DNA of 63,050 nucleotides, counting the filler, from Octopus bimaculoides (taxonomy: Eukaryota): assembly GCF_001194135.2 (NCBI RefSeq). It is 5 parts of 5 records of this genome, joined end to end, with 100 filler letters (N's around TTAATTAATTAA, not from the genome) between each part and the next. Parts side by side here need not be neighbours in the genome. Positions count along the whole stretch, not along the records: positions 47,891 to 60,828 come from NC_069009.1; positions 60,929 to 63,050 come from NW_026391921.1; 3 more parts are not named here. The stretch is one strand, 5' to 3'. A model generated the notes under the pieces. The model was not told the origin of the DNA. It did not search any database and saw only the letters and a program-made list of their open reading frames with translations. Position numbers and translations under genes: made by a program. Below are positions 52,440 to 63,050 of this stretch, one piece after another. Each line of letters begins with the position of its first letter. Position 1 is the stretch's first letter.

Positions 52440-52640
52440 TGCATCATCGTCATCCTCCTCAGCATCGTCGTCATCATCGTCATTATCCTCATCACCATCA
52501 TCATCATCATCGTCATCATCATCATCCTCATCACCATCACCATTGTCATCGTCATCATCATCCTCCTCATCATTATCGTCATCATCGTCGTCATCATCAT
52601 CATCCTCCTCATCATTATCGTCGTCGTCGTCGTCATAATC
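52440..52640. repeat. (CAT/CGT/CCT)n microsatellite
   Basis: Trinucleotide runs producing poly-H and poly-M ORF artefacts. Confidence 0.92.
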
Positions 52641-52689
52641 ATACTATTAAATCTCATTCAATTTAAAAAAAGGTAAAATCGGACAGAAC

Positions 52690-52920
52690 TTATGGGATGA
52701 TCTGATACATGGCCCCCATCACAGGCAAGGTCTGTCTTGGCAAGGTTTTTAGAGCTGGATGCCCTTCCTAACACCAACCACCCAGCAGAGTGGACTGAGT
52801 GCATTTTATATGGCACCAGCACAGGTGAGGTAAGCTTTGGTATAGATTTTACAGCTGGATGCCCTTCCAAGTGCCAACCACTTCCCAGTGAGGACTGGAT
52901 GCTTTTTCCATGGCACCAGT
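52690..52920 (-). mobile_element. RTE-related 3'-UTR fragment
   Basis: Two copies of the agctggatgcccttcc motif. Confidence 0.7.
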
Positions 52921-53365
52921 GAATAAACAATAAATATGAAACAGGTTGATATTCTAACACAATGTTATTTCAGTTGCATAAACTGATTTCTGTAGTATTA
53001 TTAAGAAAATCTTTTTTATTGTTTTGCTGGATTCAGTCATTGGACCATGGCCATGCTGGGGCACTTCCCTCCCATGGTTTTGTCAGTTGTATCACCCTCC
53101 CATCCACACCCCTGACTTCTTTCCGAATATTTTACGTGGTTGGTGTGTTTTATATTGATTTCAATAGAAATGAAAAGCTAGTTGAAAGGGACACACACAC
53201 ACACACACATACACACATGTTGGGCGGTCATAAATAATACAAGATATTTACATTTCGTTTGATTCTGTGGATTTTGTTTGATCTGTGGTATATACACATA
53301 TACATACATACATACATACACATATACACTCTTTTCTATCTAATCTCTCACTCTCTCCATCTTTC

Positions 53366-53401
<36 letters not shown>

Positions 53402-53574
53402 NNNNNNNNNNNNNNNNNNNNNNNNNNNNNNNNNNNNNNNNNNNNNNNNNNNNNNNNNNNNNNNNNNNNNNNNNNNNNNNNNNNNNNNNNNNNNNNNNNN
53501 NTATATATATATATATATATACACACATACGTACATATGTATGTATATATGTGTGTATATATATGTGTGATTGT

Positions 53575-53745
53575 GTATGTTTCAGTCCCCTTACCTAGAC
53601 ATCATGTAATAGTCGTAAACGTGTGTCACTGTCGTACAAGCGGTGTTCGGTTCTAGTCATCTGTGGAGAGAAAACATGTCCCTCCATGGGGAAATATTAC
53701 CTCGCCCGGAAACAGGTGAGGATTGGTGACAGGAAGGGTATCCTG
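53575..53745 (+). mobile_element. SINE body with RTE-type tail
   Basis: ggggaaatattacctcgcccggaaacaggtgaggattggtgacaggaagggtatcc resembles the RTE 3' stem-loop in sense orientation. Confidence 0.55.
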
Positions 53746-53989
53746 CATCAATGTCTTATGAGTTTGAGGACCCATATGAAGGCTTTGAAAAATTGCCCCT
53801 TTTTTTTTGTCTGTAATGAAAACGGAACGAAGGAGAAATAACGACCCAACCGCTAAGGCCACACATCTTCCCTACACTCCCAGATGTAGTCACTCACTTC
53901 GTTTGTTACGATGACGAGTGTTCCGGTTGATTCAATCAACGCAACAGCCTGCTCGTGATATTAACATGCAAGTGGCATCTTGAGTTACG

Positions 53990-54262
53990 TATTGTCATTT
54001 AACGTCCGCTTTCCATGCTAGTATGGGTTGGACGATTTGACTGAGGACTGGTGAACTAGGTGGCTACACCAGGCTCCAATCTAATTTGGCAGAGTTTCTA
54101 CAGCTGGATGCCCTTCCTAATGCCAACCACTCCAAGAGTGTAGTGGGTGCTTTTACGTACCACCGGCATGAAGGCCAGTCAGGCGGTACTGGCAATGGCC
54201 GCGCTCAAAATGGTGTATTTTATGTGCCACCTGCACAGGAGCCAGTCCAGCGGCACTGGCAT
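53990..54262 (-). mobile_element. RTE 3'-UTR fragment
   Basis: Closely similar to 51731-52012. Confidence 0.87.
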
Positions 54263-54904
54263 CAACATTTTAATTCTAAATTATAATTTGTTTTGAAATT
54301 TTAACATATGAATTTTTTTTTAATTATTTTTTCATTGAATAGATAAGATTACTGGGGTAAGACTGCACCACACCCTAGATAGGATTACTAGGCATCGCAT
54401 CATGTTTGCACACAAGACTATTACTACACCGTACCTCACTGNNNNNNNNNNGTCAGGCGGTACTGGCAATGGCCGCGCTCAAAATGGTGTATTTTATGTG
54501 CCACCTGCACAGGAGCCAGTCCAGCGGCACTGGCATCAACATTTTAATTCTAAATTATAATTTGTTTTGAAATTTTAACATATGAATTTTTTTTTAATTA
54601 TTTTTTCATTGAATAGATAAGATTACTGGGGTAAGACTGCACCACACCCTAGATAGGATTACTAGGCATCGCATCATGTTTGCACACAAGACTATTACTA
54701 CACCGTACCTCACTGTCATTGTGCACCCCTAACACAGTAAACTATTTGATCCCGAAACCTGTGGTTACACACCCCCGATGTAGTGTGTGTTGTGTGTTGG
54801 CACTCCATCGCTTACGACGTCGAGGGTTCCAGTTGATTCGATCAACGGAACAGCCTGCTCGTGAAATTAACGTGCAAGTGGCTGAGCACTTCACAGAAAT
54901 GTGT

Positions 54905-55300
54905 ACCCTTCATTTGATCCCAAGACTGCTTCACACGCCAGACACAGTAACCCAGCAACTATACCACGCTAAACCCGCACACCCATCATTTGATCCCAAG
55001 CCTGCTCCACACGCCAGACACAGTAACCCAGCAACTATACCACGCTAAACCCGCACACCCCNNNNNNNNNNNNNNNTCACACGCCAGACACAGTAACCCA
55101 GCAACTATACCACGCTAAACCCGCACACCCCTAATTTGATCCCAAGACTGCCCCACACGCCAGACACAGTAACCCGGCAACTATACCATGCTAAACCTGC
55201 ACAGCCCTCATTTGATCCCAAGACTGCTCCACACACCAGACACAGTAACCCGGCAACTATACCATGCTAAACCTGCACAGTCCTCATTTGATCCCAAGAC
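54905..55300. repeat. 76-bp minisatellite, at least 5 copies, spanning a small gap
   Basis: tttgatcccaag begins at 54913, 54989, 55135, 55211 and 55287 (period 76). Confidence 0.93.
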
Positions 55301-55763
55301 CTCATCACACCATACTAGAGACACACACTCGAGGTATGGTGACCAACAATGCACTACGGCACACCAGTGCCACCCACACACCTTCAATTTCCTCCCAACA
55401 TCGCACCACACCATGACAACTGCACGCCCTGCAAATGCTCCTATAACCTCACCACGCTACGCAGTTGCTGTGTCCCCAACACTGTTCCACACACCATGTA
55501 ATAATCTGCGCAATTGTGCCCCGGGAGCCCTTAACCATCCGTGCTAGTATAGTCCCCATTATCCCCACCTATTTCCAGGTCAGTACTCTTTTTCCCCCCG
55601 CCCATATCTACCCATTTACTAAGCCTGCCACCCGAAATCCACACTCACCCTCCTGATTAACCCCCACTCCCTTCTTCGCCTCAGCTCTGCCCTGCCCTGC
55701 CACCACCACCGCTGCCGCCACCATCGCCGCCGCCGCCACCACCACCACAGCCACAACCCCCAG

Positions 55764-57374
55764 CTACAGATCATTCATGACGTCAAACTCCTTTGAGCAA
55801 TCCGAGTTCATGATGAAACAATGGTCCTGATTGGCCGAGAGAATCTGTAACACCGGCTGCATGTNNNNNNNNNNNNNNNNNNNNNNNNNNNNNNNNNNNN
55901 NNNNNNNNNNNNNNNNNNNNNNNNNNNNNNNNNNNNNNNNNNNNNNNNNNNNNNNNNNNNNNNNNNNNNNNNNNNNNNNNNNNNNNNNNNNNNNNNNNNN
56001 NNNNNNNNNNNNNNNNNNNNNNNNNNNNNNNNNNNNNNNNNNNNNNNNNNNNNNNNNNNNNNNNNNNNNNNNNNNNNNNNNNNNNNNNNNNNNNNNNNNN
56101 NNNNNNNNNNNNNNNNNNNNNNNNNNNNNNNNNNNNNNNNNNNNNNNNNNNNNNNNNNNNNNNNNNNNNNNNNNNNNNNNNNNNNNNNNNNNNNNNNNNN
56201 NNNNNNNNNNNNNNNNNNNNNNNNNNNNNNNNNNNNNNNNNNNNNNNNNNNNNNNNNNNNNNNNNNNNNNNNNNNNNNNNNNNNNNNNNNNNNNNNNNNN
56301 NNNNNNNNNNNNNNNNNNNNNNNNNNNNNNNNNCAAATGACCGGCCTGGTTCCGAGATCGGGATCGCCCCGAGTATTCGCTGCCACCCGAGTGGAGCTCA
56401 GAGTCCATCGCGCCGAAGCCATACGCGTCGCCGTAGTACGGCTGGCTCCAGGCGTCCAAGCTGCTGTCGACGGAGGTGGTGAGGGCTGTCGCTGTGATGG
56501 CCGAGATTGCGTTGCCTAGTAACCCTCGGTGTATCTTGGCGTGCCGGTTGCGCGTGCTAGCGTCGGAGAAGTGCTGCTCGCAGTAGTTGCACTTGTACGG
56601 CTTCTCGCCGGTGTGGATGCGCAAATGCCGGGTGAGAGTGAACGAGTGGAGGAAGGACTTGGCGCAGAAGTTGCACTGGAACGACCGCTTCTTTGTGTGA
56701 ATATTCATGTGTTTGGTCAAGCTGGAGGCACACGAGAACTTCTTGTGGCACACTTCGCATTCGGTGTTGTGGTTACTGCTGCTGTTACTCCCCCCACTGC
56801 GACTAGACTTGCTCGACTTCAAGGTGTGGCTGGAATCGTCGACAGTGGACGAGATTGCTAGGCTGTTGTCAAAGGTAACATTTTCGTTGGACGGGTCCAC
56901 ATCGTCGCCCGTTGTCATAGCAGCGTCCCCACGACCATCACTACTGCTTTTGTTGTTGTTGTTGTTGCTGTCCCCGCCGCCGTCGGACTGATGCAATGGA
57001 GACGCGTCCTTCGCATGGCTCTGCAGGTGTAATCCAAGCAGGTTGACACTGGTGAACAGCTGTTTGCAAGTGTAACATTCCAGTTTCTGGCCGGTGTGTG
57101 ATTTCAAGTGGTCGTTGAGCCGTGCCTCGCTGGCCACGCTTTTGCCACACAGCTCGCACGTGAACGAGCGGTGGGTCTTCTTGTGGGAGACCAACGCCCT
57201 GTACTGTTCGAATGTCTCATCGCAGTCGTTGCAGTGGTAGCGTTTCTCCCCCGTATGGCTTCGGATATGTGTCTTCAGGTACACAGGCTGCGAGAAGGAC
57301 TTCTCACAGAATTTACACTCAAACGTCGCCTTTGGTTTCGGATGAAGTTTGCCGAACGTCGCAAGAAAACTCAT
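55764..57374 (-). CDS. C2H2 zinc-finger protein (4+3 fingers); C-terminus crosses a 469-N gap
   Basis: Seven CxxC-x12-HxxxH motifs with HTGEK-type linkers. An in-frame TGA lies upstream of the ATG at 57374. The frame after the gap and the stop at 55764 are provisional. Confidence 0.9.
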   Translation of the reverse strand: MSFLATFGKLHPKPKATFECKFCEKSFSQPVYLKTHIRSHTGEKRYHCNDCDETFEQYRALVSHKKTHRSFTCELCGKSVASEARLNDHLKSHTGQKLECYTCKQLFTSVNLLGLHLQSHAKDASPLHQSDGGGDSNNNNNKSSSDGRGDAAMTTGDDVDPSNENVTFDNSLAISSTVDDSSHTLKSSKSSRSGGSNSSSNHNTECEVCHKKFSCASSLTKHMNIHTKKRSFQCNFCAKSFLHSFTLTRHLRIHTGEKPYKCNYCEQHFSDASTRNRHAKIHRGLLGNAISAITATALTTSVDSSLDAWSQPYYGDAYGFGAMDSELHSGGSEYSGRSRSRNQAGHLXXXXXXXXXXXXXXXXXXXXXXXXXXXXXXXXXXXXXXXXXXXXXXXXXXXXXXXXXXXXXXXXXXXXXXXXXXXXXXXXXXXXXXXXXXXXXXXXXXXXXXXXXXXXXXXXXXXXXXXXXXXXXXXXXXXXXXXXXXXXXXXXXXXXXXXXXXXXXMQPVLQILSANQDHCFIMNSDCSKEFDVMNDL

Positions 57375-57414
57375 TATTGTTGGTCAACATCGGCTAGCTC
57401 GGAAGATTGGTATA

Positions 57415-57900
57415 GAGGTGGGCAGATAGGCAGGCAGGCAGGTAGCAAGGTACGGAGGTGTGTAGGTAGGTTGTGTGGATAGGTAGGTAGACAGGTTGAA
57501 GGAAGCTAAATTAGTAATAGGTAGGAAAATAGCTAATTTAGTGAGCTAGATTGGTAACTAGACAGGTAGCTAGCTAGGTAGACTGGTGGTTAGACTGGTA
57601 ACCAGGCTGGAAGAATGGTATGTAGGCTATATAAATAGGCAAATAGCCAACTAACTAAATTGGTAACTGGTTAAGTTGGTAGATAGGTGACTATGTAGAT
57701 AGATTGGCAACTAGCTAGATGGGCAAGTAGCTATGTTCATACATAGGAATAGGTGGGTGGGTAGGTAGGCAGGTAGACAGGTAGGTGGATGAGTGGGTAT
57801 ACTGACAAGTAAAGTTGGTAGCTAGCTAATTAGGTAGCTAACTAAAGAGTTAAGTAGCTAATTATCTAGGTAGCTAGATAGGCAACCAGGTAGATAAAGT
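57415..57900. repeat. Degenerate TAGG/TAGC/TAGA tetranucleotide tract
   Basis: Repeated gtag/ctag/atag units upstream of the zinc-finger exon. Confidence 0.8.
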
Positions 57901-58699
57901 ATGAATCAAGGTGCGTAGATGGTTAATCAAGGCCAAGTGAATACCAAATGAAAAAAAAGACAACAAAAAATTACAAAATAAATAACCCCTGTTCTTGGTT
58001 TCGGAAACCCCACTCGAAATTTTAAACTAGATATTTTCCTGGTTACCACAAACAGTTTGTCACTATTTTTCTAGCTTTTATCCCTGCCAATACCATCTTG
58101 GGTTATGTATCAACACCTTAATTCTAAATTATAATTTTTGTTTTGAAATTTTAACATATGAATTTTTTTTTTNNNNNNNNNNNNNNNNNNNNNNNNNNNN
58201 NNNNNNNNNNNNNNNNNNNNNNNNNNNNNNNNNNNNNNNNNNNNNNNNNNNNNNNNNNNNNNNNNNNNNNNNNNNNNNNNNNNNNNNNNATAGATGGATA
58301 GATAGAGACAGATAGATAGCTAGATAGATAGATGTGAGGTTTGTCACTTAAATCAAACCTCGTATACCACTGGTACTTATTTGAATATCAAAAGACCAGC
58401 AATCCCTGCAGTTGATGGAATGGAAAAAAAGGCAAATTGGACCCCTATTTTTTTTTTATCTCCCCAATGGCAGGATTTCAATTCAATGTTTTTAAGAAGA
58501 ACCCACAAAAAAAAAAACAAAAAAAACCTAGTCCCTGGATGTTATTTTGAAAGAATTGGGTGAAAATTTATAAGTTCGAGAGAGCCTATAATATGTTCAT
58601 ATATATGGGTGTTTGTGTGAGTGTGTATGTATATGTGTGCTATGAAGCCAAAACTTCAAAGTCACTATTAACCTTTTCCTTGTAAAAATTATACATACA

Positions 58700-58738
<39 letters not shown>

Positions 58739-58963
58739 GTTTATATATGTATGTGTGTATATATATGTGTATGTGTGATTTATGTATATATATATAGTCA
58801 ACAAAATTTTAACGAGAAGAAATTCGTTATGTTGCCAAGGTGAGAGTTTTTGGTTTCAAATCACAGTAGCAAAATTGTCTCAACAGACTTGGATAGCCAG
58901 GGGGGGAAGCAAATTTAAATCTTTTTTTTTTATATATATAAATTTAATTTTATTTATTTATCA

Positions 58964-59010
<47 letters not shown>

Positions 59011-59696
59011 GTTGTTGTTATTATTTTTTCCTTTTGGTCAAAAATATTTGCTCACATTTCAAAAAAAAAAATTCTGCTGTTTTGGGTAAGTTTCATAAAC
59101 AAACAATACTTATAATGCAGCAATAATAATAATAATAATAATAAATTAATTAATAATTGCAATTAATAATAGGTAATTCCAGGTGTCTTGCAATTTTTTC
59201 TGCTTTTTTTAAAATAACTTATTTTCTTTTTATGTTTGGTTACCCTCAACAGGTTTTATAGCTTTGTGGGTTTTTTTAAGGGTTTTTTTTGTATGCTAGT
59301 GACACCCCAAAAACAAGAAGAGGTTTCTCACATACCCAAAACCAGTAAGGAATCTAACAAATTGCCAGAAGAAAGGGGGGGGGAAAAGTTAATGTAAAGA
59401 ATTACAGCGGAACAGACAGTTAATGTTATTTTGGAGTTTGACCAACTTTTTGGGTGTTTCGCAATTCGGTTTTTAAAAAAAAAATTTTTTTTTTTTTTTT
59501 GTGTGTGTGTGTTTTGTTGGCGTTTATCTTTGACGACGTTTTGTCATTTTATCAAATTGGAGGGCTTGAATTTCAAATTTCAAATTTGGACAAGCAAAAT
59601 GTCAACAGACTTTGGTAACAAGAACTCTGCAAAATCGTTCGCTGTCGGAACAATTTAAAAGAATCACAGAACCAGCTTGTTAAGATTTAAACGTCG

Positions 59697-59716
59697 TTTT
59701 GGCGGGAATTTTGAAA
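59697..59716 (+). promoter_or_regulatory. E2F/CDE plus CHR-like tandem element
   Basis: TTTTGGCGGGAATTTTGAAA is GGCGG, a 4-nt spacer, then TTTGAA. Two more TTTCAAA motifs lie at ~59570-59585. Confidence 0.35.
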
Positions 59717-60214
59717 TGCAGACGGATTACTGCTGATGACGATGATGAAGATGATGATGACAACAAGGATGACAGTGACAGATAACACCCACTTTAGGGG
59801 TAAATATGATCCTTCTTTCTTTTTCTTTTTCTTTAGTCACAGCCCAAACAAGTTTCTGAGTTTCAAGATACAAATAGGAGTCTGGTTAATTCTATTTCTT
59901 CCTTTAGACAGGATCTGTAAAATGGAACAAGAAAGAAAAAAGAAAATCACAAATTTAGATTGATGTTTAGTAATGGGAAATATGAAGCTGATGATATGCG
60001 TTGTCTATCTTTCAATTAATTTTGAAACTAACGAAGAATTTAGTGAAATAATTTTATCATAATTAAACTGGTGTTTGGAACATAAATGAACAAGAAATTT
60101 TGATGGAAGGTTTTAAGACCACTTTGACTCTTTTGTTACCATATTTCTGTTGTTGTTTCAATTAATTTAGAAAATAATGAAGTATAGGCACAGGAGTACT
60201 CTTTACTCTTTTTA

Positions 60215-60626
60215 CTCTCTTTTACTTGTTTCAGCCATTTGACTGTGGCCATACTGGAGCACCGCCTTTTAGTCGAGCAAATCAACCCCAAGNNNNNNNN
60301 NNCCGCCTTTTAGTCGAGCAAATCAACCCCAAGACTTATTCTATCGGTCTATTTTGCCGAACCGCTAAGTTACGGGGACATAAACACACCAGCTTCAGTT
60401 ATCAAGCGATGTTGGGGGTGACAAACACAGACACACAAACATATACACGCACATACATATATACGACGGGCTTCTTTCAGTTTCCGTCTGCCAAATCCAC
60501 TCACAGGGCTTTGGTCGGCCCGAGGCTATAGTAGAAGACACTTGCGCAAGGTGCCAAACAGTGGGACTGAACTCGGAACCATATGGTTTGTAAGCAAACT
60601 ACTTAACCACACAGCCACCCCTGCGC
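60215..60626 (-). mobile_element. Full-length SINE (ctgtgtggtaag family)
   Basis: Head at 60626 and tail ..gtaaaagagtaaaa at ~60215. A 31-bp artefactual duplication spans the 10-N gap. Confidence 0.9.
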
Positions 60627-61379
60627 ATATGTAGATGATATTTGGGATCTTTTTTAAAATGGGGGCCACATTTTTCATTAATGTTTTACGTAGTGTTTTT
60701 GGTATCGAAAGACTTTCAAACTTCGTATACTTATCTATTTTGTGTTATAGAACAGAAAAATATTTTTGTATTCAAATTTATTTCATGTAAAAAATTGTCT
60801 TTTTTCGATAATTTCAACCAATCACTGANNNNNNNNNNNNNNNNNNNNNNNNNNNNNNNNNNNNNNNNNNNNTTAATTAATTAANNNNNNNNNNNNNNNN
60901 NNNNNNNNNNNNNNNNNNNNNNNNNNNNAAGAATACATAATGTAGGTAAATGTATATGCAAAAATACCTATTTGATGTGGTACTGTAAATCATGATAAAC
61001 TAACGTATTATATCCCGCCAGAGAAAAACATGCTTCTTATATATTACTATATAGCATAGATAAAGTACAAGTATCGATATATCTTCAAAAAAAATATACT
61101 TATAGATAAAGAAATAAATGAATTAAAAGTGGATTTAGGAGGATTTGGGGGAGATGAATGAAGGGTAGTTAGCATGAAATTTACTTTATAAACTTACTTA
61201 CGATAACAAAATCGATAGTATATATGTAAATATACTTAAAACTCTATGTATATAAACTTTACGGGGGTTAAACTAACTGTAATAACTTGAGAAGGAGAGA
61301 GAGTGGGATCAGCTGGTGTTGGAGTTAGATATAATTGTTATTTTAGATAATATTATAATGTTATTATGGAGATGTACTT

Positions 61380-61985
61380 GCATAGCAAGTGACCTGATCT
61401 GAGATCGTGTGCTGGAACGAAAACAATTGCAGCGTGGAAAGTGTTTATAAGCCATTTAAAATAACACACAAAATCCGTTAGATTCACTTCAACATTTAAA
61501 TTTAATTTGTCAAAATATTTTCGTCGCTTTGAGACCGCGACCTATTCACTGACAAAATGTTATTATTCTTATTATTGTTATTATTATAAATATAAAAAAT
61601 GAATTTATTATTATTACTATTACTGTTATTATTATTAATATTATTTTTAAGGAGATGGATATGTAATAATAATATTTTCATTACTATAAAAAATAAGTAA
61701 ATTAATAAAAAAATTAGTAAATGAATGAATAAACAAAAAATAAAATAAAATAATAGAAAAAAACCTATGTGTATAGGTAGTGGGAGAAGTATGATGGACA
61801 AATTAAAAGAGATATTGATGTCAATGAAAAATTGATATTAAAGTTATGGTCCAGTGTGTACGATGCAGAGACGCTGCATTAACATATCTGGTTACAAAGG
61901 TGGGAAACAAAAATTACAAAGTTATAATTAACTAAAATATATTTGAGTATGATTATAAACCCAATGGATAAAAAAACTACAAAAA

Positions 61986-62023
<38 letters not shown>

Positions 62024-63050
62024 TAATAAGAGGACCAACAAGCAATAAGGAAAAGTTGTAGGGATGGACCAAATGGGTAACTGGAGGTAACTGGAGGAAA
62101 TTTAATACCTAAATTTAATAAAAATAATTACAAAGTGAGGTGATTGTACATACCACATATTAAGTGGCGGTTAACTAGTGAGTATGTTGATAGGTAAAAA
62201 AAGAATGAAATTAATGAAACGAGCTTAAGGTGTGTTTCCTCCAATGCTGGCATCTGTATGCTCTCTGTGTTATTTGGTTCACTAAATTATTCTTGGAGAA
62301 CAGAATGTGGAATAGCTCCAAGTTACAGAGAGGACAAAAATCTTTACCCTTGTCATAGGGTATTGAGGTAGCCAGTATTGACCATTCTAAAGAGCATTGC
62401 TTATTGCAGTCCTTAAGTTTCCAGATTAACTTACTAAGACCGGTACTATTATATTCCTATCCCTAAAAGTTGAGTAATGGTTAGAGATTCTCCTAGAGAC
62501 CTGCAAAGAAGAGCAACCTATGTAATGCAAGACCTCTGTGTTAGTTGTTACCTTACATTGATAAATCACATTTTTGGTCCTAGCATTCACACTCATAAAC
62601 TTGATTCTATTACAATTAGATTCCGAGGTACTAATCTTATTGTTGTAAGAGGTATTGTTATATTTACTAATGTTGTACTTATTACCTATATCTTTATCTA
62701 AATAACTATTGCTACCATAGGAGTGTGTCGTATTACTGGAGTAATTGTTATTATTATTATTATTATCATTACTATTATTATCATAATTGGTTTGGCTGTC
62801 TAGATGTGAATCTAAAAGTCTAAAATTATGGGAAGAAATATTTGTAACATTTTTCGTATTAGAAAACCCAAATCTAACCTTGTGTGTGTTGACGATTGGG
62901 TAATAGTGAGAACCCCTAGAAAAGTTCCTATTCACCGCATCACAGAACTGCAAAACCAAATTAGATTTAATTTGTTTCCCAAATGGGATGATGAACCAGA
63001 TATTGAAAATGTGGGAGTTAGAGGAAAGTTTAGACAATCAAAGTGAAATA
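61380..63050 (-). mobile_element. Penelope-like element 3' portion: RT linker, GIY-YIG endonuclease and 3' repeat
   Basis: IWFIIPFGKQIKSN..NVIYQCKV..HYIGCSS..RISNHYSTFRDRN-(frameshift)-STGLSKLIWKLKD..WSIL..PYDKG..CPLCNLE..CQHWRKH* with the stop at 62211-62213. A hammerhead-like fold lies at 61506-61556. Confidence 0.88.

Noticed and set aside
54178-54715. 264-bp tandem duplication
   Set aside because: Exact copies (54178-54441, 54452-54715) on either side of a 10-N gap indicate unmerged contig overlap. The same pattern occurs at 60262-60333 and 1881-2294.
54905-55300. CRISPR-like array
   Set aside because: The units are contiguous near-identical repeats with no unique spacers, in a eukaryotic context with no cas genes.
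57940-59510. Unusual-looking sequence with degenerate copies of nearby motifs (e.g. 58840-58900 versus 59575-59620)
   Set aside because: Homopolymer-inflated, error-like sequence near gaps. Probably low-quality reads, so no features were called.

Overview
AT-rich, gap-ridden eukaryotic genomic window crowded with microsatellites and retroposons. The SINE, RTE and Penelope families, the (GT)n/(AT)n/(AAT)n density and the scaffolding style point to an octopus-like coleoid cephalopod draft assembly (inference). Two host genes are supported, both on the minus strand. The first is a 7-finger C2H2 zinc-finger ORF (55764-57374, interrupted by a gap). The second is a spliced Ly6/uPAR three-finger, GPI-anchor-type gene (exons 52084-52254 and 49206-49423) that the ORF track only partly shows; I could not find its signal-peptide exon. 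Most of the remainder is mobile DNA: two mariner elements (one holding a miniature LTR retroelement that itself holds a MITE), RTE, R4/Dong-like and Penelope fragments, a Helentron-like element, hAT MITEs and many tRNA-derived SINEs. Notable structures include a SINE inserted at the same position of another SINE at two loci, a ~360-bp near-perfect foldback, four hammerhead-ribozyme-like motifs, a tail-to-tail SINE pair, a CpG-depleted domain and a CDE/CHR-like motif. Several artefacts are present (Illumina adapter, TTAATTAATTAA linkers, gap-flank duplications). Almost all short ORFs in the track are microsatellite or gap artefacts. All alignments and counts were made by eye.
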